Shown here: positions 20,470-29,608 of the stretch, in pieces
Layout: every line of letters starts with the position of its first letter
Numbering within the stretch: position 1 is the first letter of the stretch
DNA from: a virus
Taxonomy: Duplodnaviria > Heunggongvirae > Uroviricota > Caudoviricetes
Direction: 5' to 3' (one strand)
DNA length: 64,000 nt
IMG/VR virus record: IMGVR_UViG_3300028534_000514
Location: 64,001 to 128,000 of that record
Notes under the pieces: model-generated
The model's input: the letters and a program-made list of their open reading frames with translations, nothing else
Databases searched by the model: none
What the model was told of the DNA's origin: nothing
Translations under genes and position numbers: made by a program

Positions 20470-21207
20470 ATGTCAAAAATAAAAATAAAGAAATATTTAG
20501 AGGTTGAAAAACATAAAGTATTTACAAAAATCCCGGCGCGTATTGTATTAAATTTAGAAGACTATAAAGAGATAAACGAAAGTTATGGTGAGGAAATTGG
20601 TATAGCTGAGATAGATAACGTTTTTGAAATACCTGGATTTTTTACACTCGAATTTCCGGATGAAAGCGATTCAATAGATTTCTTTTTCCCGTATACAATT
20701 TATCTTCATAAAACAGATAAAATTGAAAAAAACAAAGATAGATTGGTTATAGATTTTAAACCTGGCGATATGGTTTGGTATGCTAATTTTAAGGAAGAAG
20801 AAACTAATATTTATGTTCTTAAATCCTTATTTGAGAATGGAGTTAAATATCTCGGCGATAAACCAGATAAATTAATTACTGCTATTTGGGATCAATTAAT
20901 GCCGACGAATACCCCATGGCATCATTTAGAATTAATAGTTAGCCAACTATATGGAACATATGATCCAAAAACAAAAGAAATACTACCTTTAAGATTGACC
21001 AACCATAAATATAGTAAAAAATATATTATGAATCTTAAAGAATCCGCCCACAATTTAAATCAAACACTACCAATTATGTATGGTTATAGTAAGGATGCTC
21101 TCCGATCAATGGTATCAAAGAAAAAACGAGGAACCAATTCCTTTTTCGAAAATATTATTAGCGGCGACTATGATGAATTGACAAAAGAATATAAAACTAA
21201 AAAATAA
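20470..21207 (+). CDS. Putative split multisubunit RNA polymerase beta-prime C-terminal subunit
   Basis: PWHHLELIVSQLY resembles beta-prime KHIEVIVRQM; the following PLRL and C-terminal helices fit that position. Confidence 0.5.
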   Translation: MSKIKIKKYLEVEKHKVFTKIPARIVLNLEDYKEINESYGEEIGIAEIDNVFEIPGFFTLEFPDESDSIDFFFPYTIYLHKTDKIEKNKDRLVIDFKPGDMVWYANFKEEETNIYVLKSLFENGVKYLGDKPDKLITAIWDQLMPTNTPWHHLELIVSQLYGTYDPKTKEILPLRLTNHKYSKKYIMNLKESAHNLNQTLPIMYGYSKDALRSMVSKKKRGTNSFFENIISGDYDELTKEYKTKK

Positions 21208-21213
21208 AACAAA

Positions 21214-21253
21214 AAAAATAGGAGGGTCTAGGAGCCCTCCTATTTTTCTGTGC
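21214..21253. terminator. Terminator between convergent blocks
   Basis: AAAAATAGGAGGG...CCCTCCTATTTTT-CTGTGC. Confidence 0.8.
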
Positions 21254-21629
21254 TTTGATCACTAATGGATCTATTTAAAAGATTAACTTCGATATCAGTG
21301 ATTAGTATTTGATTATAATCGATTTCGATATTTTTTCCATTTTTTGGTAGATTTTTGGAAAAAACTTTAAGAATATATCCTCCTTTTTTTTTACTTAATG
21401 TATAATTTAAATTAACGCCATCCCAGACAAGATGATCTGGTATTTTAGATAAGTTTTGGATAATTGGGGTCTTAGCCTGGGTTTTAAACATTGAGTTATC
21501 AAAATATATTACCAATTTATTATCAATGCTGCAAAAACAAAGTTCCCCTGAATTTATAACTAACCGACCAATATATTTAACTTTTTTTTTATGTCGGAGC
21601 CCCCATCTATTTTCAAGTACGAATTTCAT
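21240..21629 (-). CDS. Hypothetical protein, member of the C-terminal LTxxExxLL family
   Basis: ILITDIEVNLL near the C-terminus. Confidence 0.6.
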   Translation of the reverse strand: MKFVLENRWGLRHKKKVKYIGRLVINSGELCFCSIDNKLVIYFDNSMFKTQAKTPIIQNLSKIPDHLVWDGVNLNYTLSKKKGGYILKVFSKNLPKNGKNIEIDYNQILITDIEVNLLNRSISDQSTEK

Positions 21630-22041
21630 ACAATTCCTTTTTTAACAATTTCGCCATTTTTTTCTTAGAATGATATATCATATTTAAATCAAAGGTAGTC
21701 ATAATAAGTATATCTTCTGTGCCCATACTATCTTTTAGGTATATACCTCTTCCATCTTTCGTATAGAGAGTATATTCATTCCCAAATAGATATATTTTAA
21801 AAGAAAATTTTTCTTTTAAATCTAACGGAGGATTAAAATAACCAAAAGAAGTGGCGAGTGTACGCGAACGTATTTCTAATGAACATGGTATTACCTCTTT
21901 ATTATTATAGCAGATTAGGGTGGATGTTATATAATACAAAGTGTCTTCAATATTGATTTGAGCTAGAATAATATTATATCTTTCATCTGGCCGGATTACC
22001 AAATCATCAAATTTTTTCATCAGCTTAAATTTGGTTTTCAT
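21613..22041 (-). CDS. Hypothetical protein, same family
   Basis: ILIMTTFDLNMI. Confidence 0.6.
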   Translation of the reverse strand: MKTKFKLMKKFDDLVIRPDERYNIILAQINIEDTLYYITSTLICYNNKEVIPCSLEIRSRTLATSFGYFNPPLDLKEKFSFKIYLFGNEYTLYTKDGRGIYLKDSMGTEDILIMTTFDLNMIYHSKKKMAKLLKKELYEIRT

Positions 22042-22062
22042 TTTACCATCTTTATCGGTATT

Positions 22063-22455
22063 TTAGGTATTTTTAAGTAGCTGTTTTATTGATTCTGATT
22101 TATAAGCCATGCGATCGATGGTATGATCAACTATATCAATCCCAGGTAAATCCAATACACGAAATTTTTCTAGAACTTCTAGTTCCTCATCAGTAATCTG
22201 CTTGGCCTCTCTAACATAACGGATAATTTCATTTTTTAAAAAACTGAAAAATTCATTTGTCCCAAAATAAATCTCATCAAAATCATCATTACTAAGTAGA
22301 TTATTATGTAGAAGAATTATATTTCTTTCTTTGGCCGTAAAAACGCTAATAATTGGGTAGTTAAATTCGTCCGCGTAATCTTCGGAGGTCATAATAATAT
22401 ATTTGGTCTGTTCGTCTGTAGTGTCTATATCAATATCTATTTGATTTTCATTCAT
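22063..22455 (-). CDS. Hypothetical acidic protein
   Basis: ORF with RBS in a tightly packed operon. Confidence 0.65.
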   Translation of the reverse strand: MNENQIDIDIDTTDEQTKYIIMTSEDYADEFNYPIISVFTAKERNIILLHNNLLSNDDFDEIYFGTNEFFSFLKNEIIRYVREAKQITDEELEVLEKFRVLDLPGIDIVDHTIDRMAYKSESIKQLLKNT

Positions 22456-22837
22456 TATCGTTTTCCTTTTTTATGTTTTTATTATTTTTGGAGAGGATCC
22501 AAATACGATCATATCCATCATTAAGATTGGGTATTGCAGCAAGACCCAAATGATATCCAGTTTTTTCAAAAATATCGGCTGCTAGTTGATAACGCAATTG
22601 TACAAATTTGACCATTTCTCGAGAATTCATATTATTATTATTATTATTTAAAATTTTTTTTGGCGAATGAAATGCATTCGATAATGCAAAATTATCGACT
22701 CCATGTAATGAGGCAAATAATAATAGTGGAGTTAGATATTTAGTTAATTCCTGTAATTTATCCTCAAATATTATCTCGAATGGTATGTCATTATCAATAC
22801 AATCCGTTAAATTAGCAACTTCATTTATCTTTTCCAT
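22448..22837 (-). CDS. Hypothetical protein
   Basis: Operonic ORF with a short Asn run. Confidence 0.55.
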   Translation of the reverse strand: MEKINEVANLTDCIDNDIPFEIIFEDKLQELTKYLTPLLLFASLHGVDNFALSNAFHSPKKILNNNNNNMNSREMVKFVQLRYQLAADIFEKTGYHLGLAAIPNLNDGYDRIWILSKNNKNIKKENDNE

Positions 22838-22850
22838 TAAGTATTTTTCC

Positions 22851-23252
22851 TTATATTTTTAGACTTTTAACTTTTGATTTCAAAAGATTTAATTCAAATT
22901 CTGTAAAAATAAATATCGGTTCAAATACTGTATCCTGTTTACGCCCATTTAAAAAAATATAATTATTACCAGTAGGTTGAAATATAATATATCTTTTAAG
23001 AATTTTATCTTGTTCCGGTGAAAAGGTTTCGCCGAGACCAATATTTAAAGGTTCATCAAGATCTATTTTTATTTTATCTCTTAAGGTATATAACGGCGTT
23101 CCGTCCGATTTTGTAAAGAAGAATATATTAAGATGACAATAAAGACTACCATTATATACAAAATCTAATTTAATCTTTTCACCCCCAACAATCGTTTCTA
23201 CTTCTGCTATTAGAATCCCATTAAGAGTATCTTCCATTATAAATTTTAACAT
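22851..23252 (-). CDS. Hypothetical protein, same C-terminal motif family
   Basis: IFIFTEFELNLLKSK. Confidence 0.6.
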   Translation of the reverse strand: MLKFIMEDTLNGILIAEVETIVGGEKIKLDFVYNGSLYCHLNIFFFTKSDGTPLYTLRDKIKIDLDEPLNIGLGETFSPEQDKILKRYIIFQPTGNNYIFLNGRKQDTVFEPIFIFTEFELNLLKSKVKSLKI

Positions 23253-23272
23253 TATTCCCTTTCAAATAGACC

Positions 23273-23310
23273 TTTTGCTCAAACATAGCAATTGCTCGAA
23301 AATAATCTTC
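23273..23310. repeat. GAGCAATTGCTC array, site C (intergenic)
   Basis: TTTTGCTC-AAACA-TAGCAATTGCTC-GAAAATAATC. Confidence 0.85.
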
Positions 23311-23314
23311 TCGA

Positions 23315-23608
23315 TTATTTCTCTTTTTTTTCTTCTTTTAATTTAAGTTTAAATAAAAAAGCTTTTAAAATACTGTCTGTAATTCGAGGAGTAGTAACCG
23401 ATAGCGGAAAAAAACCATATTTTGATGACCATCCAGTCCATGTATTATCACTGTCTAAATAAAGAATTAAATCTACCCCATGCTTAGATGCTAGATATTC
23501 AATATTGTTAGTTATTGTTGGCCTGGTTAGATCATTTCCTTGATAAGCAATAAAAACTCTTTTTTCGAACCGATATCTTATGAATCCTGTATAATCTGGT
23601 GAAGTCAT
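23315..23608 (-). CDS. Hypothetical protein
   Basis: ORF whose start overlaps the upstream stop. Confidence 0.6.
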   Translation of the reverse strand: MTSPDYTGFIRYRFEKRVFIAYQGNDLTRPTITNNIEYLASKHGVDLILYLDSDNTWTGWSSKYGFFPLSVTTPRITDSILKAFLFKLKLKEEKKEK

Positions 23609-23904
23609 GTATCATCCTTTAAAAAAAATATTATATTTTGATTTTCTGTATTTGGTCTAGAAAATAATGCGGCAACTACTTCCTTTTTTGAAATAGCTAT
23701 TCTTCCTTTGAACTTACCGAGTATAAAAGCACCCTCGCTTATTTCTTTTGGTGTCAGACGATTAGGAAATATAAGATTATTTACAAAATATAATATTTCT
23801 TCCGAAGTAAAAAAATGTTTTTTAAGAAATCCAATCAGGGCCATATACTCCTTTTCGCAGTGGCCCTGGATCTCTTTTGATAGAAGAGTATATTTTGAAG
23901 ACAT
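23605..23904 (-). CDS. Hypothetical protein
   Basis: Start/stop coupled ORF. Confidence 0.6.
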   Translation of the reverse strand: MSSKYTLLSKEIQGHCEKEYMALIGFLKKHFFTSEEILYFVNNLIFPNRLTPKEISEGAFILGKFKGRIAISKKEVVAALFSRPNTENQNIIFFLKDDT

Positions 23905-24179
23905 TAGATTACTTCATATGTTACGCCGTCAGCTTTGATCGATTTCAAGGTACCAATGTTCAGTGTTCGGTACCCATTTTTCATATCATATACTGTCATA
24001 TATGTTCTATCCAATCGTTCTACATTATTTTTACCACCGACTAGATTTTTTTTTACCCCAACACGCAGGGTCATTTTTCTTTCGCTACCATCTTTTTTTG
24101 TAAAGACACAACTCACAATTTTTCTTCTTGCTTCTTTTTCTAAGAATGTTCTCACATTTTCTCTTGCTATTTTTTTCAT
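23904..24179 (-). CDS. SH3/Sm-like beta-barrel phage protein (DUF2693/WYL-like)
   Basis: VSCVFTKKDGSERKM...TVYDMKNGYRTL pattern. Confidence 0.6.
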   Translation of the reverse strand: MKKIARENVRTFLEKEARRKIVSCVFTKKDGSERKMTLRVGVKKNLVGGKNNVERLDRTYMTVYDMKNGYRTLNIGTLKSIKADGVTYEVI

Positions 24180-24198
24180 TTTTTATCCTTTTATGTAT

Positions 24199-24378
24199 TT
24201 AATTATGATTTTTATTTTGGGCGATATAATCTCGAACATCTGCTTTTATAATTCTTTTAAGATCTCTTGTAAAAATCTCTGCATTTGCACCGAGATCCGT
24301 CACCTCCTCTTCGGTTGGATGCCGACCACTTACTTTAATAAATTCTGTGATCATTATTTTTAAAATAATGTTTTTCAT
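24199..24378 (-). CDS. 59-aa hypothetical protein (MKNIILKIMITEFIKVSGRHPTEEEV...)
   Basis: ATGA overlap with the upstream stop; fills the gap exactly; below the track cutoff. Confidence 0.65.
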   Translation of the reverse strand: MKNIILKIMITEFIKVSGRHPTEEEVTDLGANAEIFTRDLKRIIKADVRDYIAQNKNHN

Positions 24379-24884
24379 ACCATACTAGCCTCCTTAATAT
24401 TATTTACTCTTTCCTGAATTACCCAAGAAAGTGCCTCAATAAGATCAACTTTTCCTTCCGCTAATTCTTCCATCGCATCCATAAGAAGCTCGGCCTTATG
24501 CTGATCACCTAAAGAGGTATTTCTCAATTGATCGAATAATTCGAAGAATTTAATAGTATTTTCATCAACCTCGGTTACCTGAGCCGTTGAGCAATTTCTT
24601 AACAACTCTTTCTTTTCTTTGGCTGATCTAATTTTCCAATCATCGTCCCCAGCGGATTTTCTTGATTGAACCGCAGCAATAGTATCCCCTCTAGGATATA
24701 AATCATACTCCGGTAAATCCTCAAGCGCTATAATATACGGAAGATTCCCTTTAACCATAGTGAGAGAAATTCCATCAGCATCTGCTCCTTCAATAATAGC
24801 TTCAAATGAACCGTCATCTGAAACAACTTTAATTCTATCACCTATCTCTAATAGAGAGATATCTACTGGGCTTGGTCCTAACAT
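24375..24884 (-). CDS. Hypothetical protein with an SH3/KOW-like N-terminus
   Basis: LEIGDRIKVVSDDGSFEAII. Confidence 0.55.
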   Translation of the reverse strand: MLGPSPVDISLLEIGDRIKVVSDDGSFEAIIEGADADGISLTMVKGNLPYIIALEDLPEYDLYPRGDTIAAVQSRKSAGDDDWKIRSAKEKKELLRNCSTAQVTEVDENTIKFFELFDQLRNTSLGDQHKAELLMDAMEELAEGKVDLIEALSWVIQERVNNIKEASMV

Positions 24885-25619
24885 TTATTTTTTCCTTTTT
24901 TCATATATTTTGAATCTATCGTATATTCCATAAAAAGATTGATATTCCTCGATCTCATCTATGCACCTGAATTCGTTGTCAAGCCATTCTCGAAATTTGG
25001 CGCTATCTGTACAACCACCATCTTCCCCTATAACAGCAAAATAGGATGGGGTTTTATTATTTTTAAAAAATTGAATAACCTCTTCCCCGCCATCAGGAGG
25101 TATCCATGAAACTAAAACTAATTCTGGAATATTCATTTTCTGCTTTGTAATATCTCCTAAAATTAGCAAATTCTTTTCAAGACAATACTCGTAAATTGGA
25201 CTAGGCTTAAGCCCCCAATGGTGTTTATCTTTTGGAATTTCTAAACTTAGACCAACACCTTTAAATCCAGAATCATTTAACACCTTAGTAAGAAACCCAG
25301 TTCCAGCCTCTAGCTCAAGAAATTCTTGAATACCCAATTTTTTAAATTTAATTTGGATTTCCTTTATCATTTCCTCAGTGATTGCGATATATCCGAAAGT
25401 TGAAATATATGTTTGTCTTAATGTAAATGATCCGATCAATTGTAAAAAAGATGCTTCTTTTTTTGAGGGGAGAATCTCAAGTATGTCTCCATACATATTA
25501 TGAATATAATTCTCCCGAGATCTTTTGTCCTCCCCAATTTTTATTTCAAATTCAAGATTAAACACGTATTTCCATCTCTTGAATTTTTTTGAATAGCTCA
25601 GGCGTAGCCTGAAAAACAT
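24885..25619 (-). CDS. Class I SAM-dependent methyltransferase-like protein (start possibly GTG at 25565)
   Basis: FLELEAGTGFL motif I; LILGDI; LVSWIPP; VIGEDGGCTDS. Confidence 0.7.
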   Translation of the reverse strand: MFFRLRLSYSKKFKRWKYVFNLEFEIKIGEDKRSRENYIHNMYGDILEILPSKKEASFLQLIGSFTLRQTYISTFGYIAITEEMIKEIQIKFKKLGIQEFLELEAGTGFLTKVLNDSGFKGVGLSLEIPKDKHHWGLKPSPIYEYCLEKNLLILGDITKQKMNIPELVLVSWIPPDGGEEVIQFFKNNKTPSYFAVIGEDGGCTDSAKFREWLDNEFRCIDEIEEYQSFYGIYDRFKIYEKRKK

Positions 25620-27051
25620 TTAGATTAGCAGCACTCTTTTCTACTATATCAATCGGTTTATCCAAATCATAGCTCGATTTGTATGCTTTTAATTCAACTG
25701 CATCTATATACATGCTAAATTTTCCTTCTTTAGTTGTATATAATTTACGATCAATACCACTCTTATCTAGATATTTTTGATAATCCTCTGCGAATTTTGT
25801 ATCTACCCCAACAGGAGTAGATGACAGTCTTTTGATAATATCAATTATCTCGGGGCGAGGTTCCCGTACTTTATTTTCCGCACGACCTATAGTTTTAAAC
25901 CCTAATAGAGTTATATGAATTAATTGGGTAAATGCTGCCGTTTCGTTGTGATTTTCAACCGCTTCGAGTATAGTTCGAAAATTTTCGTCATCCATAATTT
26001 CTGGAATTAGATGAATATAAAATTTAACAGCTGGTTTATCCTGACGAATTTCATATAATTGAAGATTATTAATTTCCGCTTGATGAGCTGTATAATATTT
26101 AAAAACATCTTCCATGCTATCTGGAGAATAGGCTACCCCTGTAACGTATTTTTGAACTGCCAATCTAATTTCTTGCGACCATTGGTCTGCCGGAACTTTA
26201 GTTGTAAAATTTAAAATTGATATTAGATTTTGCTCCCGACCATAAAGCATTTCAAGTATGTCAGCAAATTGTGGATGTTTAGTCGGCTCACCTCCACCTA
26301 TCGCAAATTCGGTAGTTATTCCATAATGGGTTATCTTATTTTTTAATTGCTTAAAAATATCAAGTGAAACGTGGCGACCATTTGGGGTAGAACCTTGATA
26401 ACAAAATTCACACCCAAAATCACAATAATCTGTAATTTTAAGATCTATTAGCTCCGGGTAACTTGGCTGTAATTCCTCCTCCTCGAATTGTACTCGCAAT
26501 TTTCTTTCTGGAGAAAGAACCACCCAATAGTTACCGTTTTTATACACAACATCCCTCGCGGAAAAAAGATCAGTTAATGGTTTCTTTTTCCCATCATCTT
26601 CGTAAGCTAGAATATGATCATTATCGCTATTATCATTTCCTCCTAAAATGATAAAATCATTTTCCACTATATACCGTTTTAACTCTTTAAAAAATTGATA
26701 ATTTGGATATTGATCAGTTACATTTCTTGGTAGATTAAATGTACTTTGATGATCAACATAACTGTCTAGAAGATTTATTACTTGAGATGGCTGTTCCTCC
26801 TCAGCTAGAATATCAGTTATCATTTGCATATACTGATATGGTATTCTGCATAAAAGCTGTGCATTCATGTATCTAGCTTTCATTTCCTTAGTGGTCAACG
26901 TAAAAAAATCCCAACCAAAATCGTTTTCATCTTCATACTCTTCAGTAGTTAAAGATATTAATTCTGAATTATGAATAATACTATGAGTCGATGATGAATT
27001 GGTCGCAACTCCAAAACGGATATTTTTAATAAAAGGAAGGGAGCTATGCAT
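25558..27051 (-). CDS. Radical SAM enzyme with an N-terminal TNSSS-motif domain
   Basis: DLKITDYCDFGCEFCY (CxxxCxxC), AIGGGEPT; IRFGVATNSSSTHS. Confidence 0.85.
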   Translation of the reverse strand: MHSSLPFIKNIRFGVATNSSSTHSIIHNSELISLTTEEYEDENDFGWDFFTLTTKEMKARYMNAQLLCRIPYQYMQMITDILAEEEQPSQVINLLDSYVDHQSTFNLPRNVTDQYPNYQFFKELKRYIVENDFIILGGNDNSDNDHILAYEDDGKKKPLTDLFSARDVVYKNGNYWVVLSPERKLRVQFEEEELQPSYPELIDLKITDYCDFGCEFCYQGSTPNGRHVSLDIFKQLKNKITHYGITTEFAIGGGEPTKHPQFADILEMLYGREQNLISILNFTTKVPADQWSQEIRLAVQKYVTGVAYSPDSMEDVFKYYTAHQAEINNLQLYEIRQDKPAVKFYIHLIPEIMDDENFRTILEAVENHNETAAFTQLIHITLLGFKTIGRAENKVREPRPEIIDIIKRLSSTPVGVDTKFAEDYQKYLDKSGIDRKLYTTKEGKFSMYIDAVELKAYKSSYDLDKPIDIVEKSAANLNVFQATPELFKKIQEMEIRV

Positions 27052-27316
27052 ACTCCACCTCCCTTTCATTTAATTCAGCCATGAAAATTTCATTGGCTAC
27101 CTGCTCTCTCCAGGCAGCCAACGCCTGTTTATCACCGACATTAGCTCTTGTCTCGATGACCGAACTGATGTCGAGATTTTCATTTAATTCTTGGAGCTCG
27201 ATATAAAACTCCAAAAAATTCTTTCGAAAATCCTCGAAAGAATTGCAATGACACTCTTTCGTTCTCACCTCTTTTGGGGTGGGGACATATGCCCACCCTA
27301 TCATTTCTATATACAT
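27044..27316 (-). CDS. Hypothetical protein
   Basis: RBS AAGGGAG, operonic. Confidence 0.6.
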   Translation of the reverse strand: MYIEMIGWAYVPTPKEVRTKECHCNSFEDFRKNFLEFYIELQELNENLDISSVIETRANVGDKQALAAWREQVANEIFMAELNEREVEYA

Positions 27317-27327
27317 ACTATCTCCCT

Positions 27328-28137
27328 TTAATTTTTAATTTGGATTAATCCATCACACGCTATTACCTCACCGGCTTTATTTCGGATACGCGGACCTGGC
27401 GACCAAAGATCATTTCGTCCAACATATCTTCTCAGATTTAAAAGATATTCTCGTTGTTGATCTGCCGGTATATGCTTATCAAACCATTCTTTCAGGGCAG
27501 GCCATCGTGTTGCCATATTCTCAATGGTGATAAATCTTATTTTTGGCCTGATCTTTAGATCATTGTTGAATAACCACTCTTCCATACTTTCCCCTCGCCA
27601 CTTCTTTTTAAGAAGACGGTTTTCGATCTCTCGAATTGCCCGAAGTGCTTCCCTGGAAATTACAAGATTAAGGTTTCGCATTGGTACCGGAAGGTTTTTA
27701 ATTTCCATTGCGATCGCTATTTTTCCAAATTCTTTGAACTTCGGGTGTTCAACATATGCATATTCGACACGCGGAGTTTTTTTATATGCTGGTAATTTTA
27801 CCAGTTTTCCTTGAATAAGAACAACAGTTAAATGGTTATTCAGATTCAAAAAATTTTTGAGTGGATGTCTATATGAATCTACATTCGTTGTTTGATTCAA
27901 TGTTTCGTCTCCATTCTTAATCTCCTCATATCTTTTTAGCAGGCTGTCAAGAGATTCGGTAGGCTTTTGGAGATCTTGTTCTGTACAAAGGATCTGTGCT
28001 TCCTCAGATACCTTATTATAACCAAGAGCCATTAGTTTATACTCTATAATCCAAAGCTCTTTTTGGGCAGGTAGATGCCCTTTTTTAGATCGACGCAAAG
28101 CGTCAATCTCTTCAAGGTATTCCGTAATTTTATACAT
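27328..28137 (-). CDS. Hypothetical protein
   Basis: 269-aa ORF with RBS AAGGAG. Confidence 0.7.
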   Translation of the reverse strand: MYKITEYLEEIDALRRSKKGHLPAQKELWIIEYKLMALGYNKVSEEAQILCTEQDLQKPTESLDSLLKRYEEIKNGDETLNQTTNVDSYRHPLKNFLNLNNHLTVVLIQGKLVKLPAYKKTPRVEYAYVEHPKFKEFGKIAIAMEIKNLPVPMRNLNLVISREALRAIREIENRLLKKKWRGESMEEWLFNNDLKIRPKIRFITIENMATRWPALKEWFDKHIPADQQREYLLNLRRYVGRNDLWSPGPRIRNKAGEVIACDGLIQIKN

Positions 28138-28146
28138 TGTATCTCC

Positions 28147-28803
28147 TTACACTAGCTTTGCTGCTTGAGCAGCAAAGCTAGGTTTGATATCATGCCAAAT
28201 AATGTTTGATCTTCTTTCGACATCTTTGTCTTTTTCTCTTGGCTGAGTTGTAATTGAATTTTTAATTGAGCCAAGAAACTGGTATCCTTTATTCAACCAG
28301 TCATTAAGAATATCAGCATGATAGCTAAAAATTGCTACCCTTAGCACTGGGTGCCAAAATATCATTGCTGAATTTTCATGCCATCCGACAGCAACCTCCG
28401 GATGTTCATTAAGGGCTGTGGCAATTTTTACCACATCATTCCCCTTTTTAATAATGAAGCACTCATCCTCTTTTACAAGGAGATGTTCCTGTTGCTCCTT
28501 TGGGGCAACACTCTCTGAGGAGGCAGGTTTTTTCACCGGTTTTTTCACCGGCTTTTTCGCAGGTTTTGGGTGAAGACCTCTGAGGCCTTTCAACCAATTA
28601 ACCAAAGCCTTTTCATACTGACTGTTAAACGGCTTGAATGTTTTATCCGTTTTTTTGTCAATAATTTTTCGAAGAGGTCCTTCAACCTCTTCGATGCCCT
28701 TGATAATTTTTGCCAATTGAATTACAGATCTATGATCTGTAAGTTCGCAGCTAATTTTTTTTCTTGAATCCTTAAATTCAAGAAAATATGTATAATTTTT
28801 CAT
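28147..28803 (-). CDS. Hypothetical protein with a KKP repeat linker, first gene of the block
   Basis: PKPAKKPVKKPVKKP. Confidence 0.7.
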   Translation of the reverse strand: MKNYTYFLEFKDSRKKISCELTDHRSVIQLAKIIKGIEEVEGPLRKIIDKKTDKTFKPFNSQYEKALVNWLKGLRGLHPKPAKKPVKKPVKKPASSESVAPKEQQEHLLVKEDECFIIKKGNDVVKIATALNEHPEVAVGWHENSAMIFWHPVLRVAIFSYHADILNDWLNKGYQFLGSIKNSITTQPREKDKDVERRSNIIWHDIKPSFAAQAAKLV

Positions 28804-28804
28804 T

Positions 28805-28912
28805 TTATATCCTTTAATAGATAGATTAAAGGCTGTGACCAGCCTACTGAGTATTATAACTCAAAGCATTACGAGGCGCTTAAGCGCCGGAAACAAAACT
28901 GTTGTTTCCTAC
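28805..28912 (-). ncRNA. Five-hairpin structured 5' leader
   Basis: Stems at 28902-09/28889-96, 28884-88/28875-79, 28859-63/28848-52, 28840-45/28830-35 and 28825-32/28811-18; the last covers the SD. Confidence 0.6.
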
Positions 28913-28917
28913 TAATG

Positions 28918-28952
28918 TTAATATATTTATAGTTTTATGCTTTATTCTAAAG
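28918..28952 (-). promoter_or_regulatory. Putative early promoter CTTTAGAATA-N11-TATAAATATATTA
   Basis: Near-identical copies at 38540, 47704 and 54137, each heading a minus-strand unit. Confidence 0.75.
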
Positions 28953-28969
28953 TAGAAATTACGGAGTTT

Positions 28970-28981
28970 AACAAAAGGATA
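28970..28981 (+). promoter_or_regulatory. Putative late promoter AACA-N6-TA
   Basis: AACAaaaggaTA. Confidence 0.5.
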
Positions 28982-29004
28982 AAACACAATTTAAATAAAG
29001 AAAG

Positions 29005-29535
29005 TTGGGGGCAATAATGGAAAGATTAACGCCGGAAGAAATTTATACTATTTTTCCAAATGAATACGGGGGAAATGCTCAGATTTCAGATTTGAGATTG
29101 CTCCTTTCAAAATTAGTAAAGGGTGGTGTTTTTGAAAGTGCCACCGAATTTAACAGAGTAAATACCCTATCAGATATGCAAAACTTGGAAGCCACTCAAG
29201 GAGATATATGTTTAGTTGAACACGGTACTTTAAATGAACCGGAAACATATATATACGATAATGATCAATGGAAAATAATGGTTATTGTTAATACAGGAGG
29301 TGGCTCTTCATATCAAAAATTAACTGAACAATTTTTGGTAAGCCAGTTAGATGAAGATTATCAGGAATTGACTCTTCAGCAATCTCCAGTTTTAAGTGAA
29401 CATATATTTGTATTTTTAAATGGAATACTTTTAAAGGAAGGTTCTTCTGAGGAATTTACAATAACCGGAAATACCATTTATTTTAATAATGTTATTTTAA
29501 ATGGAGATGAAGTTACTGTGAAATATTCCTACTAA
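29005..29535 (+). CDS. Virion structural protein
   Basis: C-terminal VFLNGILL..G...EFTITGNTIYF domain shared with 29609 and similar to the C-terminus of 7978. Confidence 0.65.
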   Translation: MGAIMERLTPEEIYTIFPNEYGGNAQISDLRLLLSKLVKGGVFESATEFNRVNTLSDMQNLEATQGDICLVEHGTLNEPETYIYDNDQWKIMVIVNTGGGSSYQKLTEQFLVSQLDEDYQELTLQQSPVLSEHIFVFLNGILLKEGSSEEFTITGNTIYFNNVILNGDEVTVKYSY

Positions 29536-29542
29536 TTTTATA

Positions 29543-29554
29543 AACAAAGATATA
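29543..29554 (+). promoter_or_regulatory. Putative late promoter AACA-N6-TA
   Basis: AACAaagataTA. Confidence 0.5.
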
Positions 29555-29608
29555 ATTGCTTGGTATACAAGTATTCCAAAAATATATTCTAAATCTTAGG
29601 AGAATAAA

